Positions 8,724-16,588 of a stretch of 64,000 nucleotides of DNA are shown piece after piece (the first letter of the stretch is position 1; each line of letters opens with the position of its first letter). The position numbers were made by a program, and so were the translations under genes. The DNA comes from a virus, in IMG/VR virus record IMGVR_UViG_3300009183_000003, positions 2,724 to 66,723 of that record; one strand, written 5' to 3'. The notes beneath the pieces are model-generated. The model had not been told where the DNA came from, searched no databases, and saw nothing but the letters and a program-made list of their open reading frames with translations.

Positions 8724-9083
8724 TTAGATGTACGATCCACCAGTGAGATGGTCAAAAGTTTCGTTGTCGGAGAATGATAGTAAAGAGAAATCTTGGTAGT
8801 GATTCTGAATGTCCCAATCTCCGTTAACTTCGACATCAGCATCTACTGAAAATGTCTCGCATTTGAATTCGGCAATCTCTCTCATCTGACCATATCGAAA
8901 TGATTCGTCTTTCGAGTAATATCCGTCAATCCAAATCGTGACGAAGGTCTTGTCATCCATAACGAATTCTCTATCCAATTCAATATAACCAGTCTCTTGG
9001 TCATTTAGATAATCACCTAGGATAACTTGTATCCTAGTGATTTCATTTGCGTTTAGTTCTATTGCTTTCATATTACTTGTCAA
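8724..9083 (-). CDS. acidic hypothetical early protein
   Basis: 119-aa ORF, strongly D/E-rich. Confidence 0.65.
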   Translation of the reverse strand: MTSNMKAIELNANEITRIQVILGDYLNDQETGYIELDREFVMDDKTFVTIWIDGYYSKDESFRYGQMREIAEFKCETFSVDADVEVNGDWDIQNHYQDFSLLSFSDNETFDHLTGGSYI

Positions 9084-9945
9084 ATTTATATTCGTCAGTA
9101 GTTAGGTCAGTAAGTATTTTGATGTTGTGTGCGTGAGACAATTCCTCAGCCATTGTATCATCTTCACCATTACACAATTCAAGCAATTGGTCAAATAAGA
9201 TTTTCGCTTGTGTGTTAGCCAAAGCAAGTCTCTCAAGCAATTCTTCCTTGCTGATATTCTCTTCGTGAATGACTGACCAAATCGCATCGTCAATATTCAC
9301 CTTCTTCTCTAATACCTTTTCAGTAAGTTTCACATTAGGTAGGAAGAATTCCTCTTGCAAGGCATCGAAAGAATCATATCCTTGAAAGTAGTCTACTCCC
9401 ACAATCTCATTGTTCTCGTTTCTCCATTCAGATATCCATCTATCTGATTCCTGAACAAGTATCCATTGGTGCGTTACCTTCACGAAACGATGTTCGAATA
9501 GTTGGTAGTGTTGCACAACCTCACCACTATGGTCAGCAATGTCTATTGCTCCTTCCACATTTCCGTCATACGAATCGAAGACGAATACCTTTCCTTTCCA
9601 ATCGAAAGTCAAGTCATCACCATCCACAATCATCAGATAGTCTCCAACTTCGAATCTAATCTTCGGCATCATCTCTTTCAAGTTCTCATATATCTCAAAC
9701 CAATTGATTCTATCGAAAGCCATCAATCCGAATATATCTGACAATCCTCTTCCTCTGAAAATATCATCTTGAAAGTGTGCTGTCAATCGATACGGATTAC
9801 AATTCTTACGAAGTAGTTCAAACGATTCCTCTAACCATTCTTGGTCATTGTGTATATGCACAATCATTGTGTACGTCTCGTGGTTGGAATATCCATGCAC
9901 CGTTTCTTGTCCGCCAGTAATGGCTGAATTTAAATTTTTGTTCAT
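9073..9945 (-). CDS. multi-domain acidic early protein
   Basis: N-terminal GYSNHETY......NDQ...RINW.EI domain, SH3-like middle (FEVGD.L), acidic C-terminus. Confidence 0.7.
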   Translation of the reverse strand: MNKNLNSAITGGQETVHGYSNHETYTMIVHIHNDQEWLEESFELLRKNCNPYRLTAHFQDDIFRGRGLSDIFGLMAFDRINWFEIYENLKEMMPKIRFEVGDYLMIVDGDDLTFDWKGKVFVFDSYDGNVEGAIDIADHSGEVVQHYQLFEHRFVKVTHQWILVQESDRWISEWRNENNEIVGVDYFQGYDSFDALQEEFFLPNVKLTEKVLEKKVNIDDAIWSVIHEENISKEELLERLALANTQAKILFDQLLELCNGEDDTMAEELSHAHNIKILTDLTTDEYKFDK

Positions 9946-9982
9946 TGTCTTAGATTTTTAATTTATTGATTTTGATTTTTGA

Positions 9983-10261
9983 TTAGTTTTTCTCCTCGTC
10001 TTCGTAAGCTGCAAATCCAAGATCCACTAGGATGTCGAATATGCAAGTCTCGTTTACTTGGAGAATCTCTGCAATGTCTTTCGTTTCCATGTCATATAAC
10101 ATGAACATCTCGCAATCCTTTTGGTAGTTATCGAATTCGTTTATGAGATATTGTCTCACCTGTAATTCCTCTTCGTAGTTCATGTTCTTGATTCTACGAT
10201 TGATGTCATAACAAATGTCATTAACGGCATTCATTACCTTGTCTTGATGTGTTGCTTTCAT
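9983..10261 (-). CDS. hypothetical early protein
   Basis: 92-aa acidic helical ORF. Confidence 0.65.
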   Translation of the reverse strand: MKATHQDKVMNAVNDICYDINRRIKNMNYEEELQVRQYLINEFDNYQKDCEMFMLYDMETKDIAEILQVNETCIFDILVDLGFAAYEDEEKN

Positions 10262-10272
10262 CTCTTTAATTA

Positions 10273-10617
10273 TTATAGGTTATTGTATTCGTTCCATTCC
10301 TCTAGTTCGTCTTCGTGTATGAGCCAAAGGTCACCATCCTCACCTTGCGTTAGGTAGAATAGTTCGTTATTGGATGTGTTACGCATCTCGTTGTAGTGAC
10401 AAAGGATGTCGTTCCAATTGTCCCAATAGAATTCACTCTCTCTACCTTCCTCATCTAATTCAATCAACATCCGCTTCAATACATTTGAATTGGTAGTGAA
10501 ATCGTATGTAGGAGGACATTCGTGTCTCATCATCTCGGCAAAGTTTTGTGGGATGTAAGTTCCTCTATGACCATCTAAAAGGAAGATGGATTTTTGTAAG
10601 TTCATTGTGCTTTTCAT
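10273..10617 (-). CDS. hypothetical early protein (start revised to ATG 10617)
   Basis: LLD..RG.YIPQ.F...EFYWD.W..IL...DGDLW motif. Confidence 0.7.
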   Translation of the reverse strand: MKSTMNLQKSIFLLDGHRGTYIPQNFAEMMRHECPPTYDFTTNSNVLKRMLIELDEEGRESEFYWDNWNDILCHYNEMRNTSNNELFYLTQGEDGDLWLIHEDELEEWNEYNNL

Positions 10618-10652
10618 AATTTCCAGTTTATGTGTGTTTAAAAATTTTTGTG

Positions 10653-10826
10653 TTAACATCTACTTAAGTTACTTAAGTTACTGATTTGAACTTCTAATCC
10701 GTTTCCATGTTTATCGGCAATCCATCCTCTCTTGCAATCAATGTCAGTATATCCTAGGAAGAGATAGGTTTGTTCGTTCATTCGAACATTTTGTCCGCAC
10801 TTATACGGCATCTTTGAATTGTTCAT
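10653..10826 (-). CDS. small hypothetical protein (57 aa, MNNSKMPYKCGQNVRMN...)
   Basis: Translated by hand; AAGACG-ATG start context shared with neighbours. Confidence 0.55.
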   Translation of the reverse strand: MNNSKMPYKCGQNVRMNEQTYLFLGYTDIDCKRGWIADKHGNGLEVQISNLSNLSRC

Positions 10827-10836
10827 CGTCTTAAAA

Positions 10837-11007
10837 TTATTGGTTATTAATTACGTTTTCTGATGCGATGCATTTTCCTTTCGGGAACTTGTTACTTTGG
10901 ATGAGGAATCCTCCTCTGAACTTGTCCATGACTAATCCCGTCTCAAGAGTCTTAACGAATTGTCCTTGGACATTTGTGTAGTGGTAGAATGTGATGATGT
11001 CTTGCAT
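10837..11007 (-). CDS. small hypothetical protein (56 aa, MQDIITFYHYTNVQGQF...)
   Basis: Translated by hand; AAGACA-ATG start context. Confidence 0.55.
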   Translation of the reverse strand: MQDIITFYHYTNVQGQFVKTLETGLVMDKFRGGFLIQSNKFPKGKCIASENVINNQ

Positions 11008-11027
11008 TGTCTTGCGTTTATTATAGG

Positions 11028-11357
11028 TTAGAAATTGATTTCGTTGAATGTCTCAGTAGCAGTCTTGACAAGGTATTCTCTCTCGCTCTCTTTCACATCT
11101 TCCCAATCTCCATTGCAATTATCCCATCGTTGACAATAGGCAACAAGTTCTTCTAATGTCCATTCAGAGAAGGAAGGCATAACTACCTTCTTCATCTTTA
11201 TCTTAAACTTATAACTACTCATCCCTTGGAACAATAGCATTCTCTTCGCATTCTTGATTGCTTCAGTCCTATCTAATCCTTTGATGGTAGTGCTATCCAT
11301 CTCTTCTCCATTACTCGCAAGTAAGGTCAATGTCCATTGTTTCTTTAACTTTTCCAT
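11028..11357 (-). CDS. hypothetical early protein
   Basis: 109-aa ORF, appears to be two fused small domains. Confidence 0.6.
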   Translation of the reverse strand: MEKLKKQWTLTLLASNGEEMDSTTIKGLDRTEAIKNAKRMLLFQGMSSYKFKIKMKKVVMPSFSEWTLEELVAYCQRWDNCNGDWEDVKESEREYLVKTATETFNEINF

Positions 11358-11383
11358 AGTGGTAATTATTATTTATTGTGTGA

Positions 11384-11575
11384 TTATTTTTTGAATGTTG
11401 AAACGATTACCTCTCCTAGAAGAAAGGCAAGAATGAATGTAGATGCACTAAGAGATAGCAATCCCATAAAGACGATTCCTCTATTACTCATATCCTCTCC
11501 AAGATTTATAAGTACAAGAGAGAGAAGAAAGCAGATAGCAGAGAGCAATGCAATTTTGATGTTTGTGTTTTTCAT
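11384..11575 (-). CDS. small two-TM membrane protein, first gene of the early block
   Basis: MKNTNIKIALLSAICFLLSLVLI...; ATG 11575 follows a CA-rich leader and a TAACATTG promoter-like element. Confidence 0.6.
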   Translation of the reverse strand: MKNTNIKIALLSAICFLLSLVLINLGEDMSNRGIVFMGLLSLSASTFILAFLLGEVIVSTFKK

Positions 11576-11719
11576 TGTGTGTGTTGTTTGTTTGTTTGAT
11601 GGGGCAATGTTACAATCGTTATTCATATCATTCCAAACAATATTTAGTACCATTCTTGGAATCCTAACGTAATAAGCTGGAAATGTGCATTTTAACCCAC
11701 AAAAAAAAGTGTGCAAATT

Positions 11720-12500
11720 AACTGTTTTTGTGTGTTAGCAACGAAATTGACCTATAATAGAAGGCATAAATGTGATTTAGGATGCACCATAAATCCTCCG
11801 CAAATGATATGGATTTGTTTTGATTTGGTTTGTGCCGATGTTAAGGTGCTTGAATGCTTGTGTTGTTGTTGTGGTTTGTTGTGTTGATGCCTATAGTGAA
11901 TGTGGTTCATGTGTGCAATAGGATGCGAGGATAGTTACCAACATAGTTATGCACATTATTTATTACGGCATTGTGGATGACCTTGTGCGATTCGTGACGT
12001 GAATAGGGGCGTTGTATTGTGTCGACCATAGTAGACCATTACGATTCGCTTTGCGTTGCTTTATGCCTATCCAATGGAAGCGAGGAGAGGAGGAGACGAG
12101 ATGCTTGTGAGCCGTAATGCAAACAGGATCTCCTAGGGGGGTGGGTTCGCAAAGATCGATCTCCACCGGATCGGGGGTGTGGGTCCGTGGGTGGTAAACC
12201 CCCTTCCCCTGACTGCTTGCCCCTTTTTGTTTTTGGATTGGGTGTTCCCTTGATTCCCTTTTTGTGGTTATGTAAAGATACGAAATGTATTGTAAAGATT
12301 ATAAAAAATGGGGGCGAAATGCGGTTTGTTCATCGGTGAGTATCCCGTCTTTGCCGGGTTTGTAATTTTTGTAATAGGGGTATAGGGGGGGGTGGTATCG
12401 CAAAATGCGTTTCTTGCATAATGCTAAAAGTGGTCGAAATCGACCCCTCTAAAAAAAATTTTGGCGGTAAAAAAATGAGAGGGCATAAAAAAACCCTATC
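11720..12500. other. long non-coding segment with TG-rich and G-tract blocks; candidate genome terminus/packaging region
   Basis: ~780 bp without a credible ORF; G runs at 12136-12191 and 12377-12394; abuts the early-gene block. Confidence 0.5.
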
Positions 12501-12507
12501 TCTAGGG

Positions 12508-12987
12508 TTATTTATTTTTTCTACTTTGTTTGACTCTCTGCTTGTCGACTTTGAACTGTTCGGATTGAGTATAGAGCTTACCAGCCTTTTTATCCTTTCG
12601 GTATGCCTCGTTAGCATCTTTTTTATCTTGACCTTCCTTCCACTTCTTTCCGTATGCGAACTTCTCTGCTCTCTTGGCTGACTTGAATCCGACCACCTCT
12701 CCTCTCTTCTTTGCTTCGTAATATGCTTCGTTGCCCTTACCCCTTAGGTCTGTCCAAGTCTCTCCTTTGTTATTCGGGAATACTTGAGGGTTAACCTCGT
12801 ATGGTCTTCTCTTATTTCCCGACTGCCCTGATTCCAATAGATGGGTTGACGGAGATCCATCAGGATTTTTTAGAGGAGTGACTCCCTTTCTCATGTCTCG
12901 GATAGCTTTAACCTTGCGAGAGACGATGAGTCCATCCTTGGTGCGAGGTTTCTTTGGGTCTGGGTTGAAGTAGTCTTTTGCTTTCAT
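12508..12987 (-). CDS. basic hypothetical protein (start revised to ATG 12987)
   Basis: NPDGS.STH...A...A...GE...F.....A..FA...WK motif; K/R-rich. Confidence 0.65.
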   Translation of the reverse strand: MKAKDYFNPDPKKPRTKDGLIVSRKVKAIRDMRKGVTPLKNPDGSPSTHLLESGQSGNKRRPYEVNPQVFPNNKGETWTDLRGKGNEAYYEAKKRGEVVGFKSAKRAEKFAYGKKWKEGQDKKDANEAYRKDKKAGKLYTQSEQFKVDKQRVKQSRKNK

Positions 12988-12998
12988 GTTGTAAATAT

Positions 12999-13023
12999 AA
13001 AAAAAAAGCCTCTTGCGAGGCTT
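12999..13023 (-). terminator. intrinsic terminator
   Basis: AAGCCTC-GCAA-GAGGCTT plus a long U tract on the minus strand. Confidence 0.8.
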
Positions 13024-13047
13024 ATTCATTGCGAAATATTTTCTTTT

Positions 13048-13422
13048 TTATTTCTTTCTGTTTAGATTCTTGATGTTTTCTAAACTTTTCTGAGTGTATT
13101 TCTTAGTAGAGTCAGACATTTGCATTCCTCTTTTGTTTGTCTTATCTATAAAGTTAACTTGCTCTTGAGACATATTTTTAGTATACTTTGTGGCTTTATC
13201 AAGATCGCTGTTAGCCTTTCTCATTTCAGTGCCATAGTAAGCGGCTTTTTTAGCGTCAGACATTGGCTTTCCTGTGTACTTAACTTTACCCATGCTCATC
13301 ATTGTGTCCTTTGCTTTAGCAACAACACCTTTTCCAGGATCTGATTTTTTAACTACCACTTTTTTTGCAACTACTTTTTTAGCAGGTGCTGCACTCATCT
13401 TAACTGTTTTCTTAATGGCCAT
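13048..13422 (-). CDS. Lys/Ala-rich histone-H1-like basic protein (start revised to ATG 13422)
   Basis: PAKKVVAKKVVVKK low-complexity tract; TATATTTG promoter at 13451-13458 on the minus strand. Confidence 0.65.
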   Translation of the reverse strand: MAIKKTVKMSAAPAKKVVAKKVVVKKSDPGKGVVAKAKDTMMSMGKVKYTGKPMSDAKKAAYYGTEMRKANSDLDKATKYTKNMSQEQVNFIDKTNKRGMQMSDSTKKYTQKSLENIKNLNRKK

Positions 13423-13566
13423 GATTTTGTATTTTATTATTAATAATACACAAATATACAAACCTTGGTTTACTCTGCAAAAAATAAATGAGTTGGTTAC
13501 ATCTACTAACCATCTTGTCGGTGTCAACAAAAAGGTAGTAATTCGGAGGATTTCCGATTTAGTGTA

Positions 13567-13648
13567 GATTATTTTCCACTAAAGGGCTGATTCTGGGGAT
13601 TATTTTCCACTATGGTTTGTCACAATTTTCAAAATTATTGTGACGAAA
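13567..13648. repeat. 15-bp direct repeat plus inverted repeat in a non-coding gap
   Basis: GATTATTTTCCACTA at 13567-13581 and 13598-13612; TTTGTCACAAT...ATTGTGACGAA at ~13617-13647. Confidence 0.8.
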
Positions 13649-13688
13649 AAGTCATTGACTTGCAGGACAAAAAACCCAAAAGGTAAAA

Positions 13689-13892
13689 CTATCTCTTGAC
13701 GATCTCCTTGAGTTGAGAGAGAATATCTGTCTGTGTCTTTCCCCAGAAAAGGTCACAGGTTCCGTCATCTTTAATTGGCGGCTTTACAAAATAGGATTGT
13801 GCATACTCGTTAGCTGGTGCTGTGAAACGGTAGCACTTTTCTCTATGGGGACAAATTGTCCCTGGGGGGTTGCATTTACTTATGTCCGACAT
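13689..13892 (-). CDS. small Cys-rich phage protein (start revised to ATG 13892)
   Basis: MSDISKC....CP....CYRFTA......QSYF.......C motif. Confidence 0.65.
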   Translation of the reverse strand: MSDISKCNPPGTICPHREKCYRFTAPANEYAQSYFVKPPIKDDGTCDLFWGKTQTDILSQLKEIVKR

Positions 13893-14106
13893 CTCCGTAA
13901 GTTTCGTTGTAGTATTGTTGACCTTTAGAAATTGTTTCGCAGATTCCAAGACCATCAACATCCTCAAATTCTTGTTGGTTACAAGCCATTTCAATCTGCT
14001 CCTTCTCCATTTGCTTGGCTTGTTCTATTATCTCATCACAATTCAAATCTGTAATTCCTTTAATATAACTTGCTAACCATTCAACCGCAGTTTGTTTCTT
14101 TTCCAT
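13876..14106 (-). CDS. hypothetical protein (KQTAVEWL family)
   Basis: KQTAVEWL...EQAK.MEKEQI...YYNETY. Confidence 0.7.
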   Translation of the reverse strand: MEKKQTAVEWLASYIKGITDLNCDEIIEQAKQMEKEQIEMACNQQEFEDVDGLGICETISKGQQYYNETYGDVGHK

Positions 14107-14119
14107 AGTTATTTAGTTT

Positions 14120-14431
14120 TTAATTTGTTTCACGATATTTATCAATCATCTCCTCAGTAATATGAAAGGAGGATGTTGATTTACTTTCAGAGTAAGTTTT
14201 ACCTACACGTTTAGGGCCTCCGTCATCACTTAACATCACCTCATCTGTTGAGAATTTTGTGCCTCTTTCATTGTACCATTCAAGAGCTTGAGCATACGTC
14301 TTGTAGTGTTTACTCGTTCTAGGACCGTATCCATCTTCCCACTTTCCCCAGAATGTTTTAGTTTGACCTACATAGTCTACTGAACCGTCAAAGTTGGTTC
14401 TCTTTATAATTCTTTTTTCTCTGCAAAACAT
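14120..14431 (-). CDS. hypothetical protein
   Basis: 103-aa ORF. Confidence 0.6.
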   Translation of the reverse strand: MFCREKRIIKRTNFDGSVDYVGQTKTFWGKWEDGYGPRTSKHYKTYAQALEWYNERGTKFSTDEVMLSDDGGPKRVGKTYSESKSTSSFHITEEMIDKYRETN

Positions 14432-14450
14432 GGCTTTAGTTTTTAGGTTA

Positions 14451-14705
14451 TTAATTCCAATCTAAGATTTGTAACATCTCTGCATAAGGAGTGTGCAAGA
14501 TGAAAAATTCACCGCTGGTTAAGTACACAGCACACATATCTGGGTTTATCTCTTCGTCCTCATCGTCTGCAAATTGTCTTACAGCAATAATGTTTTCTGT
14601 GGGTATGCGTACCTCTGCTCTTATGGTGTGCTTTCCGCTACCGATGAGTTCAGCCATTTTAGTATTGAGCAACTCAATCTCGGCAGTTATAAACTTTTTG
14701 GTCAT
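14451..14705 (-). CDS. FlbD-like small beta protein
   Basis: I..ENIIAV......VYL.SGE.F....PY.E pattern; TATATTTG promoter at 14740-14747 on the minus strand. Confidence 0.55.
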   Translation of the reverse strand: MTKKFITAEIELLNTKMAELIGSGKHTIRAEVRIPTENIIAVRQFADDEDEEINPDMCAVYLTSGEFFILHTPYAEMLQILDWN

Positions 14706-14813
14706 AGATTATTTTTTGATTTAGTTATTGTGTGTTTTGCAAATATATTAACATTTTTGGAATTATTGCAATACGCATTTGTGCGTATTAATCTGCCCAT
14801 ATCCAAAAGCCAA

Positions 14814-15056
14814 TCATTCTATTGTCAGATTACTGTCCTGTAGTTCCTGGCGGATGTACTCTCTTATCCTGTAGCATACGTCCATTTCTTCTGGAGTGGC
14901 TTCTCCTGATCCTTCTATGGCGGCTCCGTACTTATGTACGCTGCGGAGTTTCTGGTCGAGGTCCCAGAGGAGCATTTTGTACTTGAACCCATCGAGAGCA
15001 GTACGAAGTTCATCCGCCTCTTCTACTCGGTCAAATTCTATTGTTACCTTGCTCAT
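14814..15056 (-). CDS. hypothetical protein
   Basis: IEF...EE......ALDG..Y....WDLDQ.LRS..KY motif. Confidence 0.7.
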   Translation of the reverse strand: MSKVTIEFDRVEEADELRTALDGFKYKMLLWDLDQKLRSVHKYGAAIEGSGEATPEEMDVCYRIREYIRQELQDSNLTIE

Positions 15057-15274
15057 AGCTTTTCTATTTCGTTAATTACCTTAAACCAGTATATGATTCT
15101 AATAGCAGAGGTATCATCATACTTATGCTCCTTGACCTCCTCTAACATTTCTTTTGCGGCTATTATTGCGCAATGCTTTGCATCGTCTTTTGCCTCCTCA
15201 TCGTAAAGCAGTCCTGCTCGCAGATAGATCCAATACTTGTCGACTAGTTCCTTTGCCTTTTCCTTAGGTGTCAT
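15053..15274 (-). CDS. hypothetical protein (MTPKEKA family)
   Basis: MTPKEKAKELV....AK.CA.I.....YW..V..EIEKL. Confidence 0.7.
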   Translation of the reverse strand: MTPKEKAKELVDKYWIYLRAGLLYDEEAKDDAKHCAIIAAKEMLEEVKEHKYDDTSAIRIIYWFKVINEIEKL

Positions 15275-15276
15275 GA

Positions 15277-15495
15277 TTACTCAAATGTATTCGTGTAGTA
15301 TTCCTCAAATTGCTTCTCGAAGATTTCTCTCAGGCGAGGGACTTTAGTCACATGAGCAAGATACAAATCTTTCATCTCCTGCTTGTGCATCTCTCTAACC
15401 TCCTTGAGTACGGCATTCCACTCCCACTTATCTCTTGGACATTCCCATAGTACTTCGAAGAGTACATCTACCGAGGTTTGCTTCTTGTTACTCAT
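15277..15495 (-). CDS. hypothetical protein, paralog of 13876-14106
   Basis: KKQTSVDVL...EMHKQE...EEYY..TF. Confidence 0.65.
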   Translation of the reverse strand: MSNKKQTSVDVLFEVLWECPRDKWEWNAVLKEVREMHKQEMKDLYLAHVTKVPRLREIFEKQFEEYYTNTFE

Positions 15496-15508
15496 AGTTT
15501 TAAAGTTT

Positions 15509-15620
15509 ACACCCGACTTTAGCTTGGTGTTGTGTGTTAGCAGCCTTTGCGAGGTCTGACACAGCTAGTTGGAACAATGTGGCCACCATCTCCAACGCAC
15601 TCTGAGTTTTAGTCAGGTAC
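15509..15620 (-). ncRNA. candidate structured RNA (closing stem enclosing two hairpins)
   Basis: ACCUGACU/AGUCGGGU closing stem, GUUGGA/UCCAAC hairpin, UGUGU-CAG-CCU/AGG-CUG-ACACA hairpin; mismatches read as G-U only on the minus strand. Confidence 0.55.
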
Positions 15621-15622
15621 AG

Positions 15623-15751
15623 TTACTTTTCTTTCTTATTCATTTGAGAGAGTACCCAAGTCAAGACCTCTAACTTTACCTCATCAGAGACATACTCACT
15701 AAAGGTCTTGCGGAGCATTCGCTCATACACTAGTTGCTTCACTATCTTCAT
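15623..15751 (-). CDS. small hypothetical protein (42 aa, MKIVKQLVYERMLRKTFSEYV...)
   Basis: Translated by hand; overlaps the end of the upstream gene. Confidence 0.5.
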   Translation of the reverse strand: MKIVKQLVYERMLRKTFSEYVSDEVKLEVLTWVLSQMNKKEK

Positions 15752-15995
15752 TGGATGCCCCTAATTGTAAAGCGTTTAAAAATGCAACAGACTCTTGTTG
15801 GAACTCCGGATCTTCTCTCATTTTATCAAAGGCTTCATTTGCAAGAGAGTTAAGTTCCTTACTTAGCCCATCAAACGACTCAATAATTTCCTCGTTGGTC
15901 AACTCCATGTTGAGTGCCAATAACTCTGTTAATACCTTGTGACAAGCCTGGGCATATTCTTGGATCGTCTCGTTTGTTACTTTTAATCTTTGCAT
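15723..15995 (-). CDS. hypothetical protein (start revised to ATG 15995)
   Basis: Acidic helical ORF; TATATTTG at 16013-16020 on the minus strand. Confidence 0.65.
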   Translation of the reverse strand: MQRLKVTNETIQEYAQACHKVLTELLALNMELTNEEIIESFDGLSKELNSLANEAFDKMREDPEFQQESVAFLNALQLGASNEDSEATSV

Positions 15996-16065
15996 TTTGT
16001 TTATTATTTTCACAAATATACAAAAGTTATTGAAATAACAATTAATAAGTTTTCAACAATAGGGA

Positions 16066-16227
16066 TTATAAATTGGGAGGAAGTTTATACTCCTCTCCGC
16101 TTTCTTTTGCGGCTTTATAGTCTTTAACGATGTCACACAACTTTATCTTCTTGTCCATCTCTGGACATCCTAGTTGGTGAGCGTTGTAGTAGCCACAGAC
16201 AGGGCATTTATATTTTGGCTTCTTCAT
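16066..16227 (-). CDS. small Zn-ribbon protein (53 aa, MKKPKYKCPVCGYYNAHQLGCP...)
   Basis: Translated by hand; CxxC...H...C. Confidence 0.6.
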   Translation of the reverse strand: MKKPKYKCPVCGYYNAHQLGCPEMDKKIKLCDIVKDYKAAKESGEEYKLPPNL

Positions 16228-16373
16228 GATCCACAGTATAGGCACCCCTCGTCATCGTCTGCGATAGAGTTTGCCTCCTTGTTAATTTTGATTGCTTCCA
16301 TTTCTACTTGAGCGTCTGTCCACGTTGGGTTGAACACTCTTATCTGCGACTTGAGGAATAGTAACTCGTTCAT
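16224..16373 (-). CDS. 49-aa peptide ending DDDEGCLYCGS
   Basis: Translated by hand; promoter TATATTTG at 16394-16401 on the minus strand; ATGA overlap with the next gene. Confidence 0.65.
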   Translation of the reverse strand: MNELLFLKSQIRVFNPTWTDAQVEMEAIKINKEANSIADDDEGCLYCGS

Positions 16374-16450
16374 TGATTTAAATTTTGGTTACACAAATAT
16401 ACGGAGAGAAACATATTTATATATCTTTGTTTTAGATAAAAAATTACACT

Positions 16451-16588
16451 ATGGCAAAGGTTCAGTCAACTAGCACATTTAAGAAGAAACCGAAGGTCAG
16501 CAGACCAGGGGTAATTGCAAAGACAAAATGCTCTTGCTCTAAGAACTCTAAAAATTACGTTAAATCATATAAAGGTCAAGGACGATGA
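16451..16588 (+). CDS. small basic protein (45 aa, ...KNYVKSYKGQGR)
   Basis: Translated by hand; TATCTTTG promoter at 16422-16429. Confidence 0.7.
   Translation: MAKVQSTSTFKKKPKVSRPGVIAKTKCSCSKNSKNYVKSYKGQGR

Noticed and set aside
10661-10681. Tandem TACTTAAGT repeat as a regulatory site
   Set aside because: In-frame 9-bp duplication inside a small ORF (SNL-SNL); most simply replication slippage
12080-12200. tRNA suggested by GGGTTCG at ~12143
   Set aside because: No cloverleaf, acceptor stem or properly spaced D and anticodon arms could be built
13567-13612. Mini CRISPR array
   Set aside because: Only two 15-bp copies with a 16-bp spacer; no cas genes
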